Source: Monocercomonoides exilis PA203
Lineage: Eukaryota > Protista > Preaxostyla
Assembly: GCA_001643675.2 (NCBI GenBank)
Contig: LSRY02000055.1
Span: 310,001 to 374,000 of the forward strand
DNA: 64,000 nucleotides
Reading direction: 5' to 3'
A program made the translations under genes and the position numbers. Below the pieces are notes generated by a model. That model did not search any database and had not been told where the DNA came from. It saw only the letters and a list, made by a program, of their open reading frames with translations. This document shows positions 25,282 through 36,493 of this stretch, piece after piece. How positions within the stretch are numbered: the first letter of the stretch is position 1; each line of letters starts with the position of its first letter.

Positions 25282-26279
25282 GCCAGTTGCATTCGACAGT
25301 TGGAGGAAGAACGGCATTTTTTGGAAATGCATGGATAAGGATAGGTGGGGAAAGACTGATAAAGAGATGTGTTATTCCAATTTGGAAAAGCAAAAAAACC
25401 AGAGAGAGACTAATCAATGCAAAGAATGTAGCTCATTGTCCACAACAGTCACTGGAAGCAACGATTGCGATGGAAAAGCTTATACAGGAGCAGCTCGAGA
25501 CGAACATTAATCAAAAGATACCAAAAAGAGAAGTGAAACACTTAAACCCAGTGTTTGTCATAAGGAAAAAACAAGGTGGATGGAGGCAAATAATCGATTG
25601 CAGAAAGCTAAACGATTCAACAAAGTCTTTTCATTTCAAATTGGAGGATTACAGGTCAGTGGAACGAATTATTACAAAAGGAGATTACGCGACAACCATC
25701 GATCTAAGCCAAGCCTATAACTTGGTAAAGGTGGACGACAATTTCAAGCCTTTTCTTTCTTTCGAATTCGACAAGAATTACTACTGTTTCAACGGAATGC
25801 CATTTGGATACAAAGAAACTCCAAGAATCTTTACAAAAATCATGAGAAAAGTGATAACATTCATTCGTCAGAAATGGAACGAAAGAGCAATCGCTTATCT
25901 GGACGATATTATACTTCTTCACTGAGATCAAAGAAAACTCAAATGGATAACTGTGAAAGTCGTCTTTCCCCTAAAAAGTTTTGATTTGCTTGTGAACGAA
26001 GAAAAGAGTCACCTGATACCATCGCAAAGCTTCACATGTTTAGGATTCGACTGGGACACAGGCCATTTTCATGAAGCGTTTGAAAGAAAAATAATGAATC
26101 ATTTAACAAAGGAATGTCTCAAATGGAGGAAGATGTACCTCAAAACACAAGAAGTGAGAGTGAGAGACCTAGCAGCCTTTATTGGAAAACTGAACGCCAC
26201 AAGGTTCGTATTTCAGGAAGCTTCTCTTTTTCTTTCAACTCTGTATCGAACTTTGAACGGCATGGTTTCGAGAACATGA
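25209..26279 (+). pseudogene. DIRS-type reverse transcriptase, one in-frame TGA at 25923
   Basis: NPVFVIRKKQGGWRQIIDCRKLN, FKLED, TIDLSQAY, FNGMPFGYKETPRIFTK, AYLDDII. Continues in the same frame as VNEEKSHLIPSQSFTCLG...VRDLAAFIGKL. Confidence 0.92.
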
Positions 26280-26379
26280 TGGAATGGGAGGATGAAGATC
26301 AACCATTCAATCCTCCCAAGTCTTACAAAATGGATATCGAAATTGAAGGCCAATATTCCCAGACACCTTTGTCCTCTGT

Positions 26380-26810
26380 TCCTTCCAGAAGCTTCACTCA
26401 CAACGGATGCATCGAGGAAAGCAGTTGGAGCCAATTAATGAACAAGAAACAAGGAATTCGATTTCCATTGCCCACTCCCACGTTGGCAACAAAACAAAAG
26501 TTCCAGTTATCGAGAAATGTGGACGATTCTTCAATCGTTCATTTATTTCACTTCCACACTGTCATCCAACCACATCAGCAAACTTCTTTAAAGATCGGAC
26601 AACTCAACATCGGTCTTCAACATAAACAGATGGCACGCAGGGACAAACCTTCGAAGGCTGCTTACGAAGATATGGAGGCTTTCGAAAGCGATGAAAGTGT
26701 AAGTGATGGCTCAAAACATTCCGTGCAAACAAAATTGTTGCCCAGAATCCCTTTCAAAATAAGAAAGGGGAGGAAACTATCAAATAAGACAAGAAGCCTT
26801 TCGAGAACTT
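26380..26810 (+). pseudogene. DIRS RNase H domain remnant
   Basis: LPEASLTTDASRKAVGA (TDAS motif) at ~26382-26432; frameshifted downstream. Confidence 0.65.
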
Positions 26811-26819
26811 TCAGAGAAG

Positions 26820-27191
26820 ATGCAAGTGAAAATAACACTGGATGCGTTTGCCACTGCGTCTAACAAGAAAGCTTATCGATGGTGCGGTCCCAGAAGCCAT
26901 ATAAACGAAGATGGCCTTCAACAGCCTTGGGATGGAGAAACCGTTCTCGCTCACCCACCCATTCCACTCATTCTCCCGACAATCAGGAAAACGATTCTCG
27001 AACAAGCTCGAGTTCTTCTCCTTCTTCCCGATTGGAAGGGCCAAATATGGGAACCGCTGTTGAGAGAAACGAATCATGTCGAATGGACATCGAAGAACCT
27101 GAGCAATCTTCTAATACCAGGACCACTGATGAAGAAGATGGATGCTTGTCTCCCACCAGGGAAACTGCGTGCAATCTTGATAAATCCTTAG
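26820..27191 (+). CDS. DIRS-associated DNA N6-adenine methyltransferase-like (Dam-like) domain
   Basis: LDAFATASNKK...DGLQQPW....VLAHPPIPLI...LLLPDWKGQIWEPLL matches the DxFAxxxN / DAxxxxW / xxPP / PxWxxxxW pattern of DIRS MT domains. Confidence 0.75.
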   Translation: MQVKITLDAFATASNKKAYRWCGPRSHINEDGLQQPWDGETVLAHPPIPLILPTIRKTILEQARVLLLLPDWKGQIWEPLLRETNHVEWTSKNLSNLLIPGPLMKKMDACLPPGKLRAILINP

Positions 27192-28135
27192 CATCAAACG
27201 GAGAAGTTTGGTTCAAAGCCATCCTTCAGACGAAAGGATATCCCATTGATATGGTTAATCCGTGCGAATCCAGCTTCTCGCCATCAACATGGAACGGATA
27301 TTTCCTAAGTTTCGCTCGTTTTGGAGAAGAGTGGGCTGCGTGCAACTATGGTCCACCTCCAAGTGATCGGTTTGACTGGGTAATAAAATGTGCGGATATC
27401 TTTCTTAGACTTCACGACAAGGGACAAAAATGGTCTTCGCTATGCAAAACACGTTCAGCAATCTCTCTTGTGTCTCAACTGTCATTCGAAAAGCAGTTAG
27501 AAGATTATCCACTAATGAAGATTCTTTTCCGATCTTTCCAAAGACTTGAAAGAAGAAAGAAGAAAAACAAGCCTCCGATTTGGATTCCAAGAGTTCTTTT
27601 GGACTATATAGCAACCGTAGGAAAGAACAAAGACCTGGATAATGACGCACTCATGAAAAAAACAATCTGCCTATTCATCTTATTTTCAACCTGCCGTTTC
27701 ACTGAACTCAAGCGAATAAGTCTCACACATTCCACAAAAAAAAAGAGGACTCAATAGCCCTTGACACACCACTGAAGACCGGAACGGAAAGAACTGATAT
27801 CATCATACCATTCCTCCAAGAAACACCACTGATTTGCTATACATAAGCTGTGAAGGAAAAGTTGTGAAGAGCAAAAAAGATACAAATAAAATCTGACTTC
27901 TTGTTTCTGAACGAAATTACAAAAAAGCCATTGTCTTCCAGAACTCTGAGAAAACTTGCATCTGAAATCATTCACAAGTCAGGTGTTCCTAAATGTTTCG
28001 GACCATAATCACTTTTGCACTCTTCAATATCTGCCTTTACGATGTCTAAAATACACATTGCACAAGTTGCCAAGTTCGCAAGGCTATCTTCGCGAAGTGA
28101 TACGAATTCGAACTACTATTTTCAATCAGATGTTT
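27190..28135 (+). pseudogene. DIRS tyrosine recombinase (SAM-like N-domain + catalytic domain), frameshifted
   Basis: FSPSTWNGY, KTRSAIS, PPIW, KKTICLFILFSTCRFTEL (first catalytic Arg), then degenerate P*SLLHSSISA...KFARLSSRSDTNSNYY (box II and Tyr). Confidence 0.75.
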
Positions 28136-28714
28136 CTTCCTCTTGTGCAAGAACTATCGCAGTTCAATCAACAAAAAGCAATGTTCAAAGTGAATCACAA
28201 GGTAACTCAGCTTATCCACATTTAGTCAACTTGAGAAGCTCAGAAGAAAGATATGCAAGTAGAAATGACGATGATGATTCGACCACAGCTGACAACGAAC
28301 AGGAGGAAGTGAACGGAAGTTGAGATTCAGGATCTTCGCACATGACAAAGCGCTCACGAATAGTGAAGAAAAAAAGGAAAAACGCCAGATATCACAGCAA
28401 TCAGGGAAAAGATGTTTTGAATTTAACATATGATTGTCTTTTTTTTAAAAAGTCGAATTGAGGAATCAGAAAACGACATCGTTGAACCATAAGAGAAGAA
28501 CCAGATTGAAAGAAAGATCGAACAAGAAATCATCAAAGAGATATACATTCAGTTCATTACAAGCACCAGACCACTAGCCAAGCAAGAGTTTTTAGAATAA
28601 ATGTTGAAAAATGGAGATCTCAAAATCTTCTTAATTTTTTTGATGCTTCACGTCTTCCCAATTAAATATTTCTCTCAAAACTGAAGAGAAAGAAGTGAGA
28701 GAATGTTTTCTTTT

Positions 28715-30069
28715 CAAAAGAAATTGATTTTATATCCAAGTATTTTGATCCTTTGCTGCCTCCATCGCAAGATGCTTCAAAGATTTATGTTGAGTCCAGA
28801 GGCACTGGGAATGGTTAAAGTTTGGAAAGGCCAATCTTCAGTTTGAAGGAGGCCAATGAATTATTGGGAATGATCGCAAGAGAAGACATATTTGGAATTG
28901 CAATATTAAAGTCTGATGATCCTATCCAAGCCGAAGAAATTTCTTTTTGCAAGAGCCGTGGAATAATCATTGAAGGAGTGAACAGCAATGGAAATGGAAA
29001 TGCAGAAGCGACTGTCAATTGTGATGTTAGAAGAACGTATAATTTATTCACATGTGAAAAAGAGGTGGAATTCAAGTATTTGGCATTCAATTTTCCTATT
29101 TCTGAGAAAATGTGGGATTCTTTAATTTTAGGAAATAAAAGGTCAACGTCACTTTCGATCAGCAATTGCCGATTTGTCAGGGTTTGTTCGCAATCTCCAG
29201 ATGAAATGGCAACAAATGATTATGAAGATGATTTCGTTGTAGGCAATCTTGTAAACGTTTGGGGGGGAAAAGTTGCAATGAACACTGTCACATGCACAGA
29301 TAACAGTAATACAGTTTCGTTTTTGTCATCGATGTTTTATTTCAACGGAACAAGGGAAGTGTCTTTGAATGGGGTGGAGATCAGTAATGTTAAATTTTCA
29401 TACGATTCTGCAATTTACATTTCGGGTCCAGAAGACGAAGCTGTGAAAATTTCTATTGAGGGATTGAATATCAAAGATTCAAATACAGAGTTTGGAGATA
29501 CAGCTGGCTTGGAAATTATTTTAAATTCGAAAGAGTCAACAGTGGCTATCGGAAGAAACGATAAATGTTCATTCAAGTCATGCACAGCGTCAAAGGGGAA
29601 AGCAGGGGCAATGTCCATAAAAATGCCAAAGGCAGCATCATATCTTCAACTTCCTTCTGCAAACAATCTTGAGATTGATAGCACAAACACAGCGAATTCA
29701 ACAGCGAGATCAATATTCATTGTTGCCACAGATTTTGATGAGTTCTGCAAACAAGAAGGCTCATTTGAGTTTGAGAATGATTATGACAATTCAACAGCTG
29801 GGTGGATTGTGGGAGCAAAAGATGAAGAAGCAAAGCCGGAGGATGTGTATGAGAAGAACGTGAAAGTGAGACAAGATCGAATCGCTGAGCAAAACAGAAA
29901 GCAAAAAGAAAAGAAAAGAAGGATGGTGATTGCTATTGTTGTCCCTATAGTTGTTGTAATTGTTGTTGCAGTTGTTGTGATTGTGGTTGCTTTTGTGATT
30001 GTCAAGAAAAGGAAGGTCAAGCACAATGCAGATGAAAGCAAAGAACAAGAAATGAGCACCCAGGAGTAG
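28715..30069 (+). pseudogene. 3' half of the type I membrane protein gene (second beta-helix-like domain, TM helix, short tail)
   Basis: The frame is open from 28714 (SKEIDFISKYFDP...GTGNG), has one TAA at 28816, then runs through ORF 28822-30069 with a Val/Ile-rich TM segment and the tail KKRK...EQEMSTQE*. Confidence 0.75.
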
Positions 30070-30507
30070 AATTGAGATTTCCTATTCTTTCAGAGCAATT
30101 TAACATTATTTTTTGTTTCATAAAGCATATATTTGTGAATATCATAGTATTTTTCTTATCTTTTCTTCCTCATTAATCGCATTGAAAGTGTGATTATTTG
30201 TTGAAATGTAATTCAAAGATTTGTTTCATTTCACACACCAATTATAATTCACCATCAACCTTTTTTCGTTCAATTCAGTTGATTTTTTATTATCAACATG
30301 CCATTTTAACTTTTTTTGGTATGCTTTAATAACTTATCAAAAGGAACATCTTATAATGTAAAAAATATTTTTTTTTATTGAATTCTTTTATTTCGATCAA
30401 TTTTTCAACAAATAATTAAACATTCAATTCAATGAACATTCCACTTTCATGGAATTCACAACAAAATAACAAATACTTTGAAAAAATGACTTCAAGTTTT
30501 TGTTATA

Positions 30508-31090
30508 GATTCAATGATCATCAGAAATGAAAAAACGGAATATTTCATTCACAGAATGAGAAATCCGTGAGGGAGCATGACCTGTAGAGCTAGAAATATT
30601 ATTTCCTGTGTGACAACAGACAATGGTGGAGATTCAAAAATTCTGAAATTCTGCCTGATGATTGTTGGAGATTGGATGGCCAAGGGGAACACAACAGTTT
30701 CATCAATAACACAAAAAGACAGAATGTATGTAATTTATATTGTTCAATTGATTGTGAAGATATTTCCGTCTGTATCCTCTCCAAAGTGCAGGAATGTGAG
30801 TTATTGTTGAAATGGCCAATCTCCGCTTTGTGGAGCAATGCGATGTAAATGGAGCTGATTACTATATAGAAATTGGGAAATAAAGGAAGTTACGGAAGAT
30901 ACATGATTTTTATTTGAACAAGAGATGAAAACAAATTCGACTGATGTTTTATTGAATGAAGATGAAAAGAAGGAATTGTGTGAAGAACAAAACCTGCACA
31001 AAACTATGTAGAATTGTGGAATTAAATGCAGGGAGAGCAGTTTTTTGTCAAGGAAAGTGGCTGGCAATATCGAGGGAAAGACATTTATTA
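30508..31090 (+). repeat. ~580-bp dispersed repeat R (degenerate coding-like) at the outer end of P1; mirror at ~45265-45847
   Basis: A third, diverged copy lies at ~57365-57950. All three share the end GATTCAATGATCATCAGA. Confidence 0.85.
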
Positions 31091-32290
31091 CTTAAAACAG
31101 GCAAGAATTCAATGGAAAAAAGGAGAGCCCCAAAATATCAGTTTTATTTAGAAGGTTTTCCTGTTTCTCTGAATGCACAAGGCAGATATGCAAATGGATC
31201 TATTCCATTTGGCTTCAATGAATTAGAAATTCGACAAGTTCACCGATTTTGACAAGTGGTTTATTTTGCTTCGATTTGGAGTTGGCAGAGATTGACTGGA
31301 AGATAGAGTTTGGATGTTCTTTCGTTTGAGGGTCTTTCGTTTTTGCTCTGTTTCTTGGAAGCTTTTTGAAGCATCGGGTGTTTTGAAGGGCCAGCGATGG
31401 GAACCAGGCAACAGACAGGCAAGCCGAGTGTCAGAACTGCATTGGAGGTGGCTGCCCTTCCGTTTGTGCTTCTCTGCAACCACTTTTCAACTGCAAGCAT
31501 CAGCCTTGCTCTTCATTTGTCCTCATCTTCGTCTTTGCCTTCGATATCCATTATTCAGGACGACCTGCAAATATCATCTGGGGAGCAGTATTCTTTTGGG
31601 CAAGCGGAGCAGCTGGAGGTGCCCTTCCATCAGCTTCATTTTGTCGTGCATCAAATGTGGCTTAATCTCAGAATGTTGTGTGTGCAGAGGATACGAACGC
31701 AGGCGAATCACAAGAAAATGCGTGTGGTGGCGGAGTGTGGGTGCACAGACGAAGCATGCACACTCGGCAAAAGAGGCACTTGATCGGGGGTAGCGCTTCA
31801 TGCCCAGGAACGCACAACGAGGCGAATGTTTAGATGAAGATATATGTGTGTGCACATAACGGAAGAAGCTGGGCAGAGTGGCGGGCTGGTTGAATGGGAA
31901 CAGGGAAAGGAGAGGCAGGACAGGAAGATGTGGCAGGGCGTTGTGAAAAGAGAGGTTGGGAATGGAGGGGGAGGTGAGAGAGAAGAGAGAAAGGATTTGA
32001 GGAATAAAAGAAAAGGAGGAAGGGGAAAAGTGCAGAATGAGGCATGGCTATTTAGCGTTTGGGGTGCCTTCTTTCCATCTTATTGAGGGTGCGGCATGGC
32101 AAGGTGGGGGAATCTCCTCTTCTGGTGGGGTCGAGGAGAAGGTGGAATTCTTCTGTTAAGAGCGGGAATGCTATCTTTATTGCAGTCTTCTGTGCGCGTA
32201 TCAGTTGAAGTGGACAGGGCTTGGAGCTAATTGAGATGACAGTGATGACGCCGATGAAAAGAAAAAAGAAAAGAAAAGATGAAGGATGAA

Positions 32291-32384
32291 GGAAGAAGGA
32301 AGAAGGAAGAAGGAAGAAGGAAGAAGGAAGAAGGAAGAAGGAAGAAGGAAGAAGGAAGAAGGAAGAAGGAAGAAGGAAGAAGGA
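32291..32384. repeat. (GGAAGAA)n heptamer microsatellite; mirror at ~43968-44061
   Basis: About 13 tandem 7-mers; these generate the spurious EEGRRKK / PSSFFLL ORFs. Confidence 0.9.
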
Positions 32385-34029
32385 ACTGGGATGACTATGA
32401 TGAGATGGATGAAGAAACATTTGCAAATTGTCCGACACGAGGATACATGTCTCAGGAGAGATGTTTGCAGTTTGCACAAGTTGTGAACGCTTTCTATTCT
32501 GAAAGAGACTGTGGGAATTCTTCTGGACAACGCATGTTCTGGAGACAGCTGTGTATTGTGCTCTTCATGTGGCAAAAATGGATGCTGCCGCCAAAATTGC
32601 TTAATCATCCATCCCTCATGCTTGCCATCTCTGTATTCCTTGTTTCACACGACCGCTCACATAGCTTTTCGCAGGTCTTGTCATGCGTGATTGTCAGATA
32701 ATCCGAGAGCCGACCTTCAAACAACTTCCAGCATATTCTGCTTCTCCATTTTCGAAGCGTGCTTTTGCGTTGAGAGTTCTGTGGGCAGATGCTGTTTGCA
32801 GCTGCACTTCAAGAGAGAAGCACGGGCACTCTTGAAGCACTTGGCTCCTTTGCCTGATTCTTGATCTACCCGAGACAGATTTTCGAAGATGTCTCTCTTC
32901 GAAAATCGCGTTCTTCCTCTTTCAAATGGCACATATGCCTTTGTTATTTTGGCATATATTATTATTCGCCTTCTTCGCATATATCAACTTTTTCGCCTTT
33001 TCTGTTGTGATCATCTTTTTTACGCTCATGTTTCCTTGTTCTTCATCCATTGCTTTCCAGATGAAGCCAACAAATATGGCGAGTGCCTTCGGGAAGAAAA
33101 CCTCTTCAGGCGAATAACAACTGAATCCCAATGCTCCTTGATTGAAAGAGCATCTCCTCCCTATCCATTTCTCTTCCTGGTCTTTATTCTTGTTTTTGTT
33201 TCTGATTGTGGGTATTTCTTGTTCGGCAGCCAAGATTGGCAAAGAAGAAAAAGAGGAAGAAAGAGTCCATTTGATATTTTGGCAGGTGATGTTATTTTGT
33301 GAGAATCTTTTCATTGTTTCGATGGAGGATGTGCTGCATGGTGGAATCGATTTGGGAGGGAATTGAAGAGAAGAAAAAGAAAAGAAGAGGGGGGATGACA
33401 AAGATAATGATTTTTCCTGGTGATCTACCAAGCAAAGCACAGTTTGATTCTTCTTTGTTTCACCAAGCAAGCATTTGAATGAAAACTTCTTTCCTTCCAA
33501 TGTTATCCACATTCTTGTTCGAATTATTCTTTCTGAAGAATTCAAACTGAAGAATCCATTCCTGGTTGCAACAAGCAAATTATTTATATGTCTATGCTCG
33601 TTTTGGCAATGATCGATATTTCTGAGGGAGGAGCGATCTGGATGGAGTGCCATGACGAGTGTGGTTTCTGAAGCATCAGGAGAGTGGAGCAGTCTTTTGC
33701 TGTGGGAAGGTCGAATGATCAGATTCAGATGACACTTGCTGTTTAGTGTTGCAAGCAGAGGAAGAAAATGAAAGAAGAAGAGAAGAAGAGAGGAGGAGGA
33801 GGAGGAAGAACATTTTGAGGGAAAGAGGAAGAAATGGGAAAGAAGATTTTGAGAAAATTGTTAATGTTGAGTGGAGATGTGGGGAAAGAAGAGGAAGCCA
33901 AAGACAGAAAATGAAATTTCGTGTGAGGAGCGAGGAAAGTGCGAGAAGGAAGAGAAAGACGCATGAGCGTTGCATCCGATGAATTTATGAACAGAGGATT
34001 TGAGTTTTCTCGTTTGATCCATTGCAATC

Positions 34030-34102
34030 ATTTTATTTTATTTTATTTTATTTTATTTTATTTTATTTTATTTTATTTTATTTTTTTATTTTATTTTATT
34101 TT
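34030..34102. repeat. (ATTTT)n microsatellite; mirror at ~42250-42321
   Basis: Visible tandem pentamer. Confidence 0.9.
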
Positions 34103-34564
34103 TTTGGTGTGTATGTGAGAAATATTTATTGATTTATATGATTTGGTTTTGGGAGATTTGAATTTTTGAGGGAACATTCAGCACCCATGCCAGCACATGG
34201 AGTTGGGAAAAGACAGATCAGGAGATGAGTGTGAAACGATGACAGAAGTGAGAAGTGAAATGAATATGATTGGGGATATTTGAAGGATTAATGAGGCGGA
34301 TTGAAAAGAAGGGGATGATGAGACAGAAGAGAGAGAGGAAAATTGAAGAAATGGCTGAAGAAGGAGTCTGACAAGAATTTGAAAAAACGAAGGTATGAAT
34401 TAGAAAATTGATTGAAAAGGAATGAATAGAGAGGAAAACGAGGAAAAAGGAATTTGAAGAGAGAATGTTTTGAGGAACATTTGAAGAAGAGTGGGAAAAA
34501 GGGAAGATGATGAATAATTTTTGAGGGGAAGTGGAAGTCATAAGTTGAGTTAAACCAAATATCA

Positions 34565-36493
34565 TTGGAGAATGATGATAATTGTTGTTTAGTGTGTGGA
34601 AGGAAGGGGAGCGTGGTTGTGGTGAGAGGGTGCGTTGTGGAGATGGGGAAGGACAATGAGGGAGGGGCATTTGATCTGAGTGGGAGCATTGGGGTGTTGA
34701 CAAACATCACATTGAAGGGGTGGAGAAGAGGGGGAGAAATATACTCTGGAAGGCTGTTTGGAGGGAAGGGATATGGAGGGGAGAAGGGTGGAAGTGAAGG
34801 CAAAGAAAAAGGAGGAGAAGGAGGAAGAGGAAAAGGAAGAGAAGGAGATGGAGATGGAGAAGGCATTGAAGGGAGTATTTCGGTGAGTGAATCACGATTC
34901 TCTTCTTTTTGTGTCTCATCAGCCCCATTCCTCTCATCGCCTTCCATTCCCCTAATATCCCTCTCTCATTTGACATTTTTCAACATCTCAACAGCAAATG
35001 ATGCATGCTCACCTTCGACCGCAATGTCAACCAAAACCACTTGTATGATGATCAGTTGCTCATTTTCATCGGTTTGCGATGCATATGATGGAGGAATTGT
35101 CCCTTCTCTGAACAATCCCTATGCCTCTCTGACAGCCTCAAACACATCATTCATTGGATGCTGCCGGACAAGAAACGTTGTTTGCGAAGGAAATGCAGAT
35201 AGAAAATTGAAGCCAGACAGACAGAATGAAACATTCAATGGAGCAAACACATTCACTTGGTGCGAATGGAGTGGCTCGAGGACAACAGGAGAAAGCGATT
35301 CCGTTACGGACGGGGTATCGAGTGGAGGGGCCATCTGCATGTACAATCTCAATTCTGGAGAACTAACAGTTTCGCATTGTCTGTTTAATAACTGTTTTGC
35401 ATACAGCCGTGGGGGTGGGATTATGTGTCATACAATCAAATCTGTGCGTATCGAAAATAATGTGTTCAATGCCTGTACAGCACAAAACCATTACGGAGGA
35501 GGATTGTATGTGTATGGAATTTCAACATGTGTTCGGATCAGCGGATGTGAATTCCAGAATTGTAAAGCAAGTTATTATGGAGGAGGGCTTTATCTTGATA
35601 ATTTTCAGGTTTCAGGATCTGGATGCATTGGAACAGAAAGTGGAGGAGGGGAGAGTGCGTGTGTGTTTGACTGCAGCTTCACTTCATGCTCAATAACAAA
35701 TACTGGTGGTGGAGGTATGTTTTGTAAAACTGTTCCTGCCACGCAATTCAAAATGAGGAGCGTTCAGTTTATCTCATGTTCAGCATTTAGAGAGGGAGGG
35801 GGATTATGTTTGCATCCAAATCGAGCAACAGCACCTGATAATAAATTATATTGCTTCTTCTTATTTTTTCATGAATGCAGTTGCAGGGATGCAACTTATC
35901 CACGTGGACACGATGCAATATATTACGATAATAACAATTTGTACTTAGATTCTGGAAATCCATTCTATGAATGTTACACAACGAATGCAGATGACAGAAG
36001 GATGTGCTATGCCTACAACTACTCGAATGCAGGTGCCTGGACATTTCAGCACACGGAAAAGAAGGATTGGCTGAAGGATAAGACGATATATGTTTCGGTG
36101 AATGGAAATGATTCATATGAGTTGTGTGGGGCAAATACAACATTTCCGTGTCTGACAGTGAAGAAGGCGTTTGAGATGTGCGAAATACAGATAAGCTTGA
36201 CAATAACGCTGATGGACGGGGATCATCAAAGCGAGGCAACAACAAATGAGATTGGAGAAAAGAAGATTTCGGTCATTGGGAAGGGAAGTGAAACAAGTTC
36301 GATTGGAACAGGAGCACTTTCATCACCATCAGCTGCAGGAGCGTTGTTCAGCGTGACGACAGGTCATTTGAGAATGAATCAGTTGAAAATTGATTGCAAC
36401 TCAACAGAAGGAACTTCACCGAGTGTGGTTGTAGTGTCGTATAGAAGTGGAACACTTTCACTTGTGTCAAGAAGCGAGTTGGGCAAATTATAA
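34565..36493 (+). CDS. Beta-helix family copy C
   Basis: 642-aa ORF with a Gly/Glu/Lys-rich linker followed by the conserved family core. No signal peptide or TM. The stop context matches copy B (TCAAGAAGCxAGTTxGxCAxATTATAAATGGAGAAA). Confidence 0.75.
   Translation: MENDDNCCLVCGRKGSVVVVRGCVVEMGKDNEGGAFDLSGSIGVLTNITLKGWRRGGEIYSGRLFGGKGYGGEKGGSEGKEKGGEGGRGKGREGDGDGEGIEGSISVSESRFSSFCVSSAPFLSSPSIPLISLSHLTFFNISTANDACSPSTAMSTKTTCMMISCSFSSVCDAYDGGIVPSLNNPYASLTASNTSFIGCCRTRNVVCEGNADRKLKPDRQNETFNGANTFTWCEWSGSRTTGESDSVTDGVSSGGAICMYNLNSGELTVSHCLFNNCFAYSRGGGIMCHTIKSVRIENNVFNACTAQNHYGGGLYVYGISTCVRISGCEFQNCKASYYGGGLYLDNFQVSGSGCIGTESGGGESACVFDCSFTSCSITNTGGGGMFCKTVPATQFKMRSVQFISCSAFREGGGLCLHPNRATAPDNKLYCFFLFFHECSCRDATYPRGHDAIYYDNNNLYLDSGNPFYECYTTNADDRRMCYAYNYSNAGAWTFQHTEKKDWLKDKTIYVSVNGNDSYELCGANTTFPCLTVKKAFEMCEIQISLTITLMDGDHQSEATTNEIGEKKISVIGKGSETSSIGTGALSSPSAAGALFSVTTGHLRMNQLKIDCNSTEGTSPSVVVVSYRSGTLSLVSRSELGKL

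Larger units (their letters stand above)
24351..28714 (+). mobile_element. DIRS-like tyrosine-recombinase retrotransposon, decayed
   Basis: Domain order gag-RT-RNase H-MT-YR. 32-bp inverted terminal repeats at 24351-24382 (AAAAGAAACCATTCTCTCACTTCCTTCTCTTC) and 28683-28714, with 2 mismatches. The host reading frame resumes right after the right ITR. Confidence 0.88.

Noticed and set aside
25209-26279. RT near hypervariable genes as a diversity-generating retroelement or retron
   Set aside because: The RT has DIRS/Ty3-like motifs and sits with RNase H, MT, YR and ITRs. I see no template/variable repeat pair with adenine-specific mismatches.
28816-28818. Alternative genetic code (TAA/TAG = Gln, known in some oxymonads)
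   Set aside because: TAA=Gln would fit GTGNG*SLE. However, the 400-640-codon ORFs contain no internal TAA/TAG, use CAA/CAG freely, and the same gene ends on TAG. A nonsense mutation in an already disrupted gene is simpler.
32052-32701. EEGRRKK / PSSFFLL repeat proteins
   Set aside because: Produced by a 7-bp microsatellite that is open in all frames.
34218-36245. Antisense or alternate-frame ORFs overlapping the beta-helix genes
   Set aside because: Shadow ORFs that recur only because the sense-strand genes are paralogous or mirrored; no independent motifs.
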